64,000 nucleotides of DNA from IMG/VR virus record IMGVR_UViG_3300044632_000653. One strand, written 5' to 3'. Below, piece by piece: positions 9,744-18,928 of the stretch (within the stretch, counting starts at the first letter, position 1; each line of letters opens with the position of its first letter). Both the position numbers and the translations under genes were made by a program. Origin of the DNA: a virus. Below the pieces are notes generated by a model. That model was not told the DNA's origin and made no database searches. It saw only the letters and a list, made by a program, of their open reading frames with translations.

Positions 9744-10154
9744 ATGCCCGTAGAAGTACCCTCCAACATGGTGCAGATCGGAAGGTCGGTTCGTGTCGAG
9801 CAAGGCTCGCCGTCGAACTTCTACCACCTGTCCCATGTCATGGATACCGACATCTCCGTGAAGGGGATACTTGGGACGGGCTACATCACATCGTCCCCGA
9901 CCAATCCGTCAGTCGGAGACAAGTACATCATCGTCGCAGGTTCTCCCATAAGCATCTCGGGATCGGATAACAACGACATTCTTGAATGGAACGGAAGCGC
10001 ATGGACTCTCTTCCTTGATGTGAGCAACACGCTCACCAACTTCGGGATGGTCTACGACAGGAACACGAAGAGGGTCTACCAATACGACAGCACCGAGGGT
10101 TGGAGAACCCTGATCGTGTCGAAGTCCACCATCGACGGCGGCACCTTCCCCTAA
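9744..10154 (+). CDS. DUF2793-like small virion protein
   Basis: PTNPSVGDKYIIV...NNDILEWNGSAW; ends DGGTFP; paralogous to the N-terminus of 6995..9736. Confidence 0.55.
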   Translation: MPVEVPSNMVQIGRSVRVEQGSPSNFYHLSHVMDTDISVKGILGTGYITSSPTNPSVGDKYIIVAGSPISISGSDNNDILEWNGSAWTLFLDVSNTLTNFGMVYDRNTKRVYQYDSTEGWRTLIVSKSTIDGGTFP

Positions 10155-10157
10155 ATA
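10151..10157 (+). promoter_or_regulatory. Late promoter box CTAAATA
   Basis: Overlaps a stop; followed by AAGGA and ATG 10175. Confidence 0.65.
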
Positions 10158-10174
10158 CAAGCAAGGAACCATAG

Positions 10175-11539
10175 ATGTCCTCAGTCTTCAATCCCCCACC
10201 CAATCCATCTGACGGCGAGTCATACACCTTCGGAAACCTCGTATGGAACTACGAGGCAGACAACGGCGTTTGGAACATCGCAAGCGGAACCATCATTGGA
10301 AGCGTGGGTCCAACGGGACCTGCGGGTACAAACGGAACCAATGGAACCAACGGAGCGGATGGAGTCACGGGTGCGACGGGCGCAACGGGTGCGACGGGCG
10401 GCTTCCTCGGATTCCTCTATACATTCCGACACCCGAGTCAGGCTACCTTCTCGACGGGCAGTCTTCCCGCTGATGGTACCATCGGATTCGCCAGCAGTAC
10501 CGTTGGCAGCAACACGCTGTTCATCCCCGATACCGATGCAAACGGTGCCACCAACGGCACCGCAATCGGCAGGTTTGATGATTCAAACGACAACAGTAGC
10601 AGGGGAACGATCTACATCAGAAGGGCATTCTCTCTCACGGGAGAATCGATCTTCACTCAAGGTAGTGCAAACCTGACCAATACCTTGAGTGGAAACAGGG
10701 CTGTCAAGAGTTTCGGCGGAAACCTCGACACGGCACTTGCGGACCTACCTCCCGATGGCACATTGGTTTCGATCATCCATCAACGCACGGGAAATAGAGG
10801 TTCCAACGGTACCAATGGTGCTGCGGGTGCCACGGGAGCGGGTGCTACGGCATTCTTCATAGATGCAAACGGCGTTCTCTACCACACCTTTATCAATCAA
10901 GGTGCGTCTACTCCTCCTATTGCAGGTCAGACGGGACAAGTCACTCTCGGCTACATCCGAGGAGCCACGGGTCCTGTGGGCGGAACCACCCAACAGGTGC
11001 TGTTCGTTGATGCTGCCATCCCATACGGAGCATCGGGCAACAACAACCTCAGGTTCGACGGCACGGCTCTGACATTCGGTGCGGACACTTCCGCAAGGAT
11101 GACGATCACGGGCGACAACCTTCGCCTTGGATATAAAATGGAGGTGCATGACGGCATCTTCACGACACCCGCCGAGCGTTCCCCGTATCAGGATCTCGGC
11201 TCCATCGCCACGCTGACGATCAACGCCACGGGAGGAAGCATCCAACGATACAAGGTGACTCCTCAGGCGAACTTCAAGGTCACCGCAGGAAGCGGATGGC
11301 ATCCCGACAGCACGGTCACCGAGACCATCGCCGTGATCATCCAAACCACGAACGGAATCACGGGTGAGTTCGATGCAAGCGTACTCACGGAGAGAGGCAG
11401 CAGGAAGCCTGTCCTCCTCGGAGTCACGGGCGGCATCGACATCATCAGCCTGATGCGAATCAAGACCACTAGCGGAGGGTTGACGATGGGATTCCAAATC
11501 GCCAACGGTATGACCGCCGCAAACTTCTCCATTGACTGA
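10175..11539 (+). CDS. Collagen-like tail fibre protein
   Basis: FNPPPNPSDGESYT..W.Y....GVW N-terminus, GPTGPAGTNG/GATGAT runs. Confidence 0.7.
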   Translation: MSSVFNPPPNPSDGESYTFGNLVWNYEADNGVWNIASGTIIGSVGPTGPAGTNGTNGTNGADGVTGATGATGATGGFLGFLYTFRHPSQATFSTGSLPADGTIGFASSTVGSNTLFIPDTDANGATNGTAIGRFDDSNDNSSRGTIYIRRAFSLTGESIFTQGSANLTNTLSGNRAVKSFGGNLDTALADLPPDGTLVSIIHQRTGNRGSNGTNGAAGATGAGATAFFIDANGVLYHTFINQGASTPPIAGQTGQVTLGYIRGATGPVGGTTQQVLFVDAAIPYGASGNNNLRFDGTALTFGADTSARMTITGDNLRLGYKMEVHDGIFTTPAERSPYQDLGSIATLTINATGGSIQRYKVTPQANFKVTAGSGWHPDSTVTETIAVIIQTTNGITGEFDASVLTERGSRKPVLLGVTGGIDIISLMRIKTTSGGLTMGFQIANGMTAANFSID

Positions 11540-11557
11540 CGAAAGGTACTCTGCACC

Positions 11558-13270
11558 ATGGGCTTTGCTTGGCACAAGTTGATTCCCCGTCCGATTGAAG
11601 AGACCCTTCAATGCCTCGACTACTGCTGCTGCGATGCATCCTGTACGGTGACGGTTTGCCCTGAAATAGATTTTCAACCCGTATACGATCAAAATGGAAA
11701 TCTGATTTGCGTGGACGGTCACCAACCGAGCATTGCCCCGAACGGATGCTGCGAGAGAACCGTCACATACCTAGACTGCGGTTGGACTTTTCAAAATGGT
11801 GAATGGGTAGCGACAACAGCATGTAGGAATGCCACCATAAAGGTCTCCTGCCAATGTGTTGGCAACTACCCTATTGTCGATGATCCGAACGATCCGCCCC
11901 GTTCCTTCCCAAATGCTCCGCTCACGATGCGGATCAACCTGCCCTCGCCATCGGGTTCTCCGTATCCATGCCTCCGTGTCAACGATCCAGACTACACCTC
12001 CAAGACGGGATGCGATCCAAACGAATCGGTCGATGAGTTTCCGAGGAGGTACTACAACACTCCTTCCCAAGCGGCAGGACTCACATCCTTTGGATACACG
12101 AAACTCTGCACTAGGATCAACACCTACAGCATCCCCGATAGGACGATGATCTTCTCGGGAAGGAACAAGTACCGCTACTCGGGCTTTCTCACAGCCGAAT
12201 CTGTCAGCCAAGGGTGCTTTATCCCGAGCATCATCGACAATCCAGGAGCAAGCGGTCTCAGTCAGATGGAAGGATCGCTCTCCCGAGTGTTCCCTCTTCC
12301 CGACTCGGTGCTTGCGAACAACCTGTGGGGTGGCTTCAAGGCTGCCGCTTCACCCACGGAAGGAGACGATCCGACCTGCTATCCGAGCGTCTGCTACGGA
12401 TCGGGTTGCTACGCCGTGCAAGAGAACGACCTCACGGGACACTATCTGTCGGGGCTCACGACAGGCATGGGATACTTCTCATTCGCATGCTTCAACCCAC
12501 ATGCACAAGTCAATCTTGATACTGGCTCTTTGCAGGTTGGACTGCCGACATGCTCTCTCTACAGCATGGTTTGGGCGGTGTACGACGCAGTATGGCGTTC
12601 TTATAGGTCTGATTCTAGTGTTTCCGAACAAGATTTGGTGACTTCCTATCCTACGACATTTGGTGCCGTTAGAACCCGATTGAACACCCTGCTGAACACC
12701 GATCCCTCGGGAATGGTGAACGGGGTGTCGAATGTTGCGATCCAACTTGAGGCTTTCTCCGACAGGATTCAGTCATTTGCGGAAGAGACATTTGGAAGCC
12801 CTTTTGATTTCAAGGTTTTTGAAGAACCGCAGGTATTCCTGTGGGATCGTGCCGCCTACATCGCAGCAGATCCACCAAACAAGTGGAAGCACCTCTACAT
12901 CGTAGGTAGCGCAAACATCCTCATGGACACGGGATGCACATCGACAAACGGATGGAAGGGCTTCAGAGCCGTTCTTGATGAAGTGACCCACGACAGGGTC
13001 CACGGATCCACCCACTCAGCAATGATGGTCGGATTCATGGGATGCAACAACAATTTAGGTTCGCAACAACTGATCGTCCCCGTCGATCTAGGCTGTGCGT
13101 TGATTGCAGGTGGAGTCAATCCAATTGACGGATTCTGCCAACTGTGTGCGACGAGCGGTGATCCGTACATCATGGACTACACACAGGACTGCGTACCGTA
13201 TCCCATGAGTGGCGGTGGAGTGCAGTCATATCCCGACCGCTACAACACCTTCTGCACCTGCTGCACCTGA
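11558..13270 (+). CDS. Cys-rich protein (about 31 Cys), putative adhesin
   Basis: 570-aa ORF directly after a fibre gene; YCCCD near the N-terminus, FCTCCT at the C-terminus; lower GC. Confidence 0.6.
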   Translation: MGFAWHKLIPRPIEETLQCLDYCCCDASCTVTVCPEIDFQPVYDQNGNLICVDGHQPSIAPNGCCERTVTYLDCGWTFQNGEWVATTACRNATIKVSCQCVGNYPIVDDPNDPPRSFPNAPLTMRINLPSPSGSPYPCLRVNDPDYTSKTGCDPNESVDEFPRRYYNTPSQAAGLTSFGYTKLCTRINTYSIPDRTMIFSGRNKYRYSGFLTAESVSQGCFIPSIIDNPGASGLSQMEGSLSRVFPLPDSVLANNLWGGFKAAASPTEGDDPTCYPSVCYGSGCYAVQENDLTGHYLSGLTTGMGYFSFACFNPHAQVNLDTGSLQVGLPTCSLYSMVWAVYDAVWRSYRSDSSVSEQDLVTSYPTTFGAVRTRLNTLLNTDPSGMVNGVSNVAIQLEAFSDRIQSFAEETFGSPFDFKVFEEPQVFLWDRAAYIAADPPNKWKHLYIVGSANILMDTGCTSTNGWKGFRAVLDEVTHDRVHGSTHSAMMVGFMGCNNNLGSQQLIVPVDLGCALIAGGVNPIDGFCQLCATSGDPYIMDYTQDCVPYPMSGGGVQSYPDRYNTFCTCCT

Positions 13271-13361
13271 TTGTTGGCTCGATTTTACCGCTTCACGGCT
13301 TACCGAAGGGTCGGTTGAGGTCGATATCCCTACATACACCGCATATCAGGAGAGCAGTTCA

Positions 13362-15305
13362 ATGAGCGATTTTGTCGGTCTCCCCACACTCTATCAGCAG
13401 TTCATCCACCTCAGCCGTTACAGCAGGTGGTTGCCCGAGAAGGGCAGGAGGGAAACATGGGAGGAGACCGTCGATAGGTACTTCGACTTCTTCGACGGAC
13501 ACCTGATGGAGTACCACAAGTACGCCTTGCCGCAGGAGATCCGAGAGGAACTCCGACAGGCGGTCTTGAACCTTGAGGTCATGCCATCGATGCGCTGCCT
13601 GATGACGGCAGGTGAAGCCCTGCGCCGTGACAACATCGCAGGATACAACTGCTCCTACGCCCACATCAACCGTGTCCGTGCGTTCGATGAGATCCTCTAT
13701 GTCCTCATGTGCGGCACGGGTGTGGGGTTCAGCGTCGAACGGCAGTTCGTGGACAAGTTGCCCACAATCGCCGAGGAGTTCTCCGACACGGACACCACCA
13801 TCGTGGTCGCCGACAGCAAGCAGGGTTGGGCAAAGGCTTTCCGTGAGTTGATCAGCCTCCTCCTCGTCGGTCAGGTGCCGAAGTGGGACCTCTCCAAGGT
13901 CCGTCCTGCGGGTGCCCGTCTCAAGACCTTCGGCGGCAGGGCAAGCGGTCCTCGTCCGCTGAACGACCTGTTTCAGTTCACGGTGGAGACCTTCAAGAAG
14001 GCGGCGGGACGCAAGTTGACCTCGCTTGAGTGCCACGACATCGTGTGCAAGACTGCGGAGATCGTGGTCGTGGGCGGCGTTCGTCGCTCTGCCCTGATCA
14101 GCCTCTCCAACCTCACCGACGAGCGCATGCGTGATGCGAAGAGCGGTGCGTGGTGGGAAGCCAATCCCCAACGGGCACTTGCGAACAACAGCGTTGCGTA
14201 CAAGGAGAAGCCCGAGATCGGCACCTTCATGGAGGAGTGGGTCAGCCTCTACAAGTCGAAGTCGGGTGAGCGTGGTGTCTTCAACCGCCAAGCGGCGCAG
14301 AAGACCGTAGCCAAGTTGGGAGACCGACGAAACCCGCAGCATGAGTTCGGCACGAATCCATGCTCGGAGATCATCCTCCGTGACCGTGAGTTCTGCAACC
14401 TCAGCGAAATCATCGTGAGGGAGTCGGACGATATGGAGGACCTTCGCAGGAAGACCCGCCTCGCCACGATCCTCGGGACCATGCAGTCCACCTTGGTGAA
14501 CTTCCAATACATCTCGTCGGAGTGGCGCAGGAACTGCGAGGAAGAGCGTCTTCTCGGGGTGAGCCTCACGGGCATCCTCGACAATCCGATGCTCTACGAC
14601 TACGACACGGACACCCTGATGCAGCGTCAGGAAGAACTCAGGAAGATCGCCTACGAGACGAATCTTGAGTGGTCCCGCACCATCGGGATCAATCCCTCGG
14701 CTGCGATCACCTGCATCAAGCCATCGGGGACCGTCTCGCAGTTGACCGACGCAGCATCGGGAATCCACCCCCGCCATGCGCCGTACTACATCCGCACCGT
14801 CCGAGCGGACAACAAGGACCCCCTGTGCGTGATGATGAAGGAACTCGGTTTCCCCCATGAAGCCGATGTGATGAAGCCCGATCATACCACGGTCTTCTCC
14901 TTCCCCATGAAGTCGCCCGAGGATGCCGTGTTCCGCAAGGACATGACCGCCATCGAACACCTCAACCTTTGGCTGACCTATCAGCGTCATTGGTGCGAAC
15001 ACAAGCCCTCCATCACGGTCACCGTCAAGGAGAGCGAGTGGATGGATGTCGGTGCCTTCGTCTACAAGCACTTCGATGAGATCAGCGGCATCTCGTTCCT
15101 CCCGTTCTCCGACCACTCGTACCGACAGGCACCGTATCAGGACTGCACCAAGGAGGAGTACGAGGCGTTGCTTGGCAAGATGCCGAAGAGCGTCGATTGG
15201 CTGACCCTCTCCTCCTACGAGAAGGAAGACAACACGGTTGGCAATCAGACCTTCGCATGCTCGGGCGACAAGTGCGAGATCGTTGACCTCACGGCGACAG
15301 GCTAA
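13362..15305 (+). CDS. nrdJ: Class II (adenosylcobalamin-dependent) ribonucleotide reductase, monomeric RTPR type
   Basis: SRYSRW..GRRETWEETVDRY, YNCSY, VVGGVRRSA, GTNPCSEI, CNLSE, TCIKPSGTVS, WCEHKPS, C-terminal ACSGDKC; SD AGGAG before ATG 13362. Confidence 0.92.
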   Translation: MSDFVGLPTLYQQFIHLSRYSRWLPEKGRRETWEETVDRYFDFFDGHLMEYHKYALPQEIREELRQAVLNLEVMPSMRCLMTAGEALRRDNIAGYNCSYAHINRVRAFDEILYVLMCGTGVGFSVERQFVDKLPTIAEEFSDTDTTIVVADSKQGWAKAFRELISLLLVGQVPKWDLSKVRPAGARLKTFGGRASGPRPLNDLFQFTVETFKKAAGRKLTSLECHDIVCKTAEIVVVGGVRRSALISLSNLTDERMRDAKSGAWWEANPQRALANNSVAYKEKPEIGTFMEEWVSLYKSKSGERGVFNRQAAQKTVAKLGDRRNPQHEFGTNPCSEIILRDREFCNLSEIIVRESDDMEDLRRKTRLATILGTMQSTLVNFQYISSEWRRNCEEERLLGVSLTGILDNPMLYDYDTDTLMQRQEELRKIAYETNLEWSRTIGINPSAAITCIKPSGTVSQLTDAASGIHPRHAPYYIRTVRADNKDPLCVMMKELGFPHEADVMKPDHTTVFSFPMKSPEDAVFRKDMTAIEHLNLWLTYQRHWCEHKPSITVTVKESEWMDVGAFVYKHFDEISGISFLPFSDHSYRQAPYQDCTKEEYEALLGKMPKSVDWLTLSSYEKEDNTVGNQTFACSGDKCEIVDLTATG

Positions 15306-15308
15306 ATA
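15302..15308 (+). promoter_or_regulatory. Late promoter box CTAAATA
   Basis: Overlaps the nrdJ stop; 5 nt before ATG 15314. Confidence 0.6.
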
Positions 15309-15313
15309 AGAGG

Positions 15314-15709
15314 ATGGAGGTCTTCTTTATGATGACGGTGATCAACTGCGTCTTTTGGATCGCTCTGATCCTCTACATTGGTTTCGACACCAATGCGGTA
15401 TATCAGTACCTGAAGAAACTGCCGAGCCTCAACTTCATCACGCATGTGGTGGACTACGAGAAGGAACAGCAGAACCGCAATTGGCAGATGTCGTATTCCC
15501 TGTACATGCAGTTGAACCACGGGGGCTTCCTGATGAGCCTCCTCACCTGTAGGTACTGCGTGGGGATTTGGCTCTCCATCATCGCAGCCCTCGTCACTCG
15601 GGAGTACATGATGATGCCGATCATGTTCTTCATGTCACAGTTGGTCTACAACCTGTTCCGTGCCTCGGACAAGTTTCTTACAGAAATGGGAGATAGGGAT
15701 GTCGGCTGA
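15314..15709 (+). CDS. Membrane protein, DUF1360-like
   Basis: Hydrophobic helices and the LLTCRYCVGIWLS (CxxCxxxW) motif. Confidence 0.55.
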   Translation: MEVFFMMTVINCVFWIALILYIGFDTNAVYQYLKKLPSLNFITHVVDYEKEQQNRNWQMSYSLYMQLNHGGFLMSLLTCRYCVGIWLSIIAALVTREYMMMPIMFFMSQLVYNLFRASDKFLTEMGDRDVG

Positions 15710-16001
15710 GAACGAGATCATCTTCAACAGCATCGAAGAGTTGTTCAACCACATCATGTCCCGTGGCGGTGCAACTCCAGTTGACCACGGAGCAGTCGGG
15801 ACATTCGTGTCCATGATGAAGAACTACACCAATCCGAATGGATGCTCCTGCAAGAAGACCAAGGCTGTTCGGGCGAACATCCTGTCGGCTGCGAGGTCCT
15901 TCAACTCCTTGTTGGGACAGCACCTTGTGAATGTCCGAGCCCTATTCGACGGCAAGGCAGTCATCCTGCGTGAAGAGAACCAAGAGATCGCCCGTTTCTG
16001 A
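15699..16001 (+). CDS. Hypothetical protein
   Basis: ORF with genome-typical codon use, overlapping the upstream stop; GCSCKK motif. Confidence 0.6.
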   Translation: MSAENEIIFNSIEELFNHIMSRGGATPVDHGAVGTFVSMMKNYTNPNGCSCKKTKAVRANILSAARSFNSLLGQHLVNVRALFDGKAVILREENQEIARF

Positions 16002-16031
16002 CCAAAAAATAGATACCACATGGGAGGCACC

Positions 16032-16487
16032 ATGTGGAACTACAGGGTCGTTCGCAAGAGCATGAAGGTTGGGGACAGGCACCATACCTTCTACGGGGTC
16101 CACGAAGTCTACTACGACGATAAGGGACAGCCCACAGGGGTCACCGAGAACTCCGTGGAACTCTACGGGGACAACCCGACCGAGATGCTGCGCTCGTTGG
16201 GGACAATGGCTGAGGCGTTCACGAAGCAAATCCTCGACTACGAGGAACTTACACGCAGGGAGAACACCACAGCGTCCCTTGAGGACCTGATGAGCCTCAA
16301 GGACATCACCTTTCTCCACGACGAGAACGAACACAGGGTGAGCAAGAAGGCATATGACAAGGCGATCAGGGACACGGAGAAAGAGCGTGTTCTCTCGGAA
16401 ATCATCTACTCCAATGAATGCGAGGGAAAGTCGGTCGAAGAAGTCATGCACTTCTCAACCATCCTCATGCGTCAGGTCGGGAAGTGA
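16032..16487 (+). CDS. Conserved phage hypothetical protein (WNYRV...HEVYYD family)
   Basis: MWNYRVVRK..YGVHEVYYDDKG.P; SD GGAGG before ATG 16032 (alternative start 16020). Confidence 0.7.
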   Translation: MWNYRVVRKSMKVGDRHHTFYGVHEVYYDDKGQPTGVTENSVELYGDNPTEMLRSLGTMAEAFTKQILDYEELTRRENTTASLEDLMSLKDITFLHDENEHRVSKKAYDKAIRDTEKERVLSEIIYSNECEGKSVEEVMHFSTILMRQVGK

Positions 16488-16491
16488 CTCC

Positions 16492-16498
16492 CTAAATA
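16492..16498 (+). promoter_or_regulatory. Late promoter box CTAAATA
   Basis: Intergenic; upstream of a small ORF with a strong SD. Confidence 0.7.
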
Positions 16499-16520
16499 AG
16501 GGAAGAAAGGAGAGTCTCAC

Positions 16521-16643
16521 ATGGAAGCAATCAAGGATTTCTTTGGTGGCATCGGTTGGGTCATCGTCGCCTTCGTGGCGGGTGCGTTCCTCGGCGCACC
16601 CCTTTGGTCTTGGATCAAGACCAAGTTGCCTTGGAACAAGTAA
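16521..16643 (+). CDS. 40-aa single-pass membrane protein (not in the ORF track)
   Basis: MEAIKDFFGGIGWVIVAFVAGAFLGAPLWSWIKTKLPWNK*; SD AAGGAG; late box upstream. Confidence 0.75.
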   Translation: MEAIKDFFGGIGWVIVAFVAGAFLGAPLWSWIKTKLPWNK

Positions 16644-16669
16644 CCGCAACCTTTCGTGATGGATGAATC

Positions 16670-18364
16670 GTGATCAAGTTCAAGAAGATACGCTGGAAGA
16701 ACTTCCTCTCCACAGGGAACATCTACAGCGAAATGCAGTTGGACAAGACCGAGACCACCTTGGTCCTCGGTGAGAACGGAGCAGGGAAGTCCACTTTGTT
16801 GGACGCTTCCTGCTTCGTTCTTTTCAACAAGCCCTACCGCTCCGTCAACCTCCCGCAGTTGGTCTCCTCGGTCAACGAGAAGGACTGCGTGGTGGAGATC
16901 CACTTCACGGACGGATCCAAGGACTACAAGGTTATCCGTGGACAGTCCCCGAAGGTCTTTGAGATATGGTCGGACGGTAAGTTGATCGACCAAGACTCCA
17001 AGGCGAGGGACTATCAGAGGATGCTTGAGGACACGATCCTCGGCATGAACTACAAGTCCTTCTGTCAGGTCGTGATCCTCGGGTCAGCCAACTACATCCC
17101 GTTCATGCGCTTACCCGCAGCCGAGCGGAGGTCCGTGGTGGAGTCGATCCTCGACATCGGCGTGTTCTCCACTATGAACACCCAACTCAAGGAGCGGATC
17201 AGCACCAACAAGGAGGAGTTGCAGCATGCGGAGTCAGCCGTCTCGGTGTCCCGTGAGCGTGTGTCCCTGCTCAGGAGGATGGTTGAGGAGGAGAAGAAGC
17301 GTCAGGAACATGACGATGCTTGGGAAGCGGAGCAGGTAGCCAAGGCGAACGAGGAGATCCGCATCCTGAGGGAGCAGTCGGCTGAATGCTCCAAGGAGAT
17401 GTCGCAACTCATGGACTCCATCAAGGACGAGGATGCGGCGAGGAACACAAGGAACAGGTTCAGGGAGATCCACTCGCAGTTGACCAAGCGTGTCTCCAAT
17501 TTGGGCAAGGAGATCGCATTCTACGAGTCGAACGACACCTGCCCCACCTGCACACAGAGGATCGACCAAGAGTTCAAGGGTTCAGCCGTAGCCAAGGCGA
17601 AGTCTAGGACCGACGAGATGACGAAGGCTCTCTCCGAGGTCGAGGGACACATCGCCTCCACGGAGGAGCGGCTTGAGGAGATCTCGGAAGTCCTCTCCCG
17701 TGTGCGTGTGCTGAACACGGAGATCATGCGGAAGAACAACGAGATCTCTGCGGTCGAGCGTCAGATCGGCAGCATCGGCAGGAAGCCCACCGTGGAAAGC
17801 ACCGTGGAGAAGGACCTATCGGATGCCTTGGTCTCCGAGGAGGAGGCACTCGACGGCAAGCGTGAGTTGGTGGAGGAGCAGCACTACCTGTCGTTGGCGG
17901 CGACTCTCTTGAAGGACAGCGGGATCAAGAGCCGCATCATCAAGAACTACATCCCCGTCATCAACGACACGATCAACAAGTACCTCACCAAGATGAACTT
18001 TTTCGTTGCGTTCCACCTTGACGAGGAGTTCAACGAGACCATCAAGTCGAGGCACCGAGACGAGTTCACCTACGCATCCTTCAGCGAGGGCGAGAAGAAG
18101 AAGATCGACCTCGCACTCCTGTTCGCTTGGAGGAGGATCGCAGCGATGAAGAACAGCATCACCACGAACCTCCTGATCCTTGACGAGATCCTCGACGGAA
18201 GCCTTGACGATCAGGGCACGGATGCCTTCCTAGACATCGTCGGTGGGCTCGACAAGGACACGAACACATTCGTCATCAGCCACAAGCCGAAGGAGATCCT
18301 TCAGGACAAGTTCGACAGGACGGTGCAGTTCGTGAAGCGTGGGAACTTCAGCAGGATGGCTTGA
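16670..18364 (+). CDS. gp46: Recombination endonuclease ATPase subunit (Rad50/SbcC-like)
   Basis: WKNFLSTGN, Walker A GENGAGKS, CPTC zinc hook, FSEGEKKKIDLALLFAW, LILDE. Confidence 0.95.
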   Translation: MIKFKKIRWKNFLSTGNIYSEMQLDKTETTLVLGENGAGKSTLLDASCFVLFNKPYRSVNLPQLVSSVNEKDCVVEIHFTDGSKDYKVIRGQSPKVFEIWSDGKLIDQDSKARDYQRMLEDTILGMNYKSFCQVVILGSANYIPFMRLPAAERRSVVESILDIGVFSTMNTQLKERISTNKEELQHAESAVSVSRERVSLLRRMVEEEKKRQEHDDAWEAEQVAKANEEIRILREQSAECSKEMSQLMDSIKDEDAARNTRNRFREIHSQLTKRVSNLGKEIAFYESNDTCPTCTQRIDQEFKGSAVAKAKSRTDEMTKALSEVEGHIASTEERLEEISEVLSRVRVLNTEIMRKNNEISAVERQIGSIGRKPTVESTVEKDLSDALVSEEEALDGKRELVEEQHYLSLAATLLKDSGIKSRIIKNYIPVINDTINKYLTKMNFFVAFHLDEEFNETIKSRHRDEFTYASFSEGEKKKIDLALLFAWRRIAAMKNSITTNLLILDEILDGSLDDQGTDAFLDIVGGLDKDTNTFVISHKPKEILQDKFDRTVQFVKRGNFSRMA

Positions 18365-18688
18365 TCATTCCGAGATCAATCGGAGATTCTGACCCAACGA
18401 TGGGTTCGGGATCACGATGCCCGAGACTGCGCTGGCGTATTGGTCACGCAGGTTCTTCTGCGGCGTAGCCGTGAACAGGACGGAGGTCTCGGGGATCATC
18501 AGGCTCTTCGTGTCGCAGTACGGGATCCACGGCGCAAGACCGATCTCGCCCTGCCCCATCGGGAGCATGATGATGGGGTTCTTGATCTCGTAGGACCTGA
18601 TGTTGCGGTTGTTGTACACGATGTGGGTGATGTCGCACTCGGCGATGATTTCCTCACCCGAGGTGAGGCGGAAGAGACTGATGTTCAT
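18365..18688 (-). CDS. Conserved T4-like hypothetical protein (Sm-like fold)
   Basis: LFRLTSGEEIIAE...IKNP....LAPWIPY pattern, usually found near gp46/gp47. Confidence 0.7.
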   Translation of the reverse strand: MNISLFRLTSGEEIIAECDITHIVYNNRNIRSYEIKNPIIMLPMGQGEIGLAPWIPYCDTKSLMIPETSVLFTATPQKNLRDQYASAVSGIVIPNPSLGQNLRLISE

Positions 18689-18700
18689 GCTGTAGTTCGG

Positions 18701-18916
18701 TCAGGTGATTCCACCTGCGCTCCAATAGGGTGTCTTCTGTCGTTCCTTGGCTATCTGCTTCCTAGAGGGGGAGAGGTTCCTCGCATCCCTGTAGGACGGC
18801 TTCTTGGCTGTCTCGGGCTTGCCTGTGCGGAGGTCGAGGGTGGCGGTCACATGACCCCCGCCCCCACGGGCGACTGCCGTTGACCACTCCCGCACGAACT
18901 CGCCGAATGTCTGCAT
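18701..18916 (-). CDS. 71-aa basic protein, possible capsid internal protein
   Basis: Starts MQTFGEFVRE, 5 nt after a CTAAATA box (18928-18922). Confidence 0.6.
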   Translation of the reverse strand: MQTFGEFVREWSTAVARGGGGHVTATLDLRTGKPETAKKPSYRDARNLSPSRKQIAKERQKTPYWSAGGIT

Positions 18917-18921
18917 GGGTG

Positions 18922-18928
18922 TATTTAG
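18922..18928 (-). promoter_or_regulatory. Late promoter box CTAAATA
   Basis: Overlaps the gp47 TAA stop. Confidence 0.65.

Noticed and set aside
13271-13361. Cobalamin riboswitch upstream of nrdJ
   Set aside because: Only about 90 bp and no recognisable B12 box; contains a CTACATA box and an SD instead.
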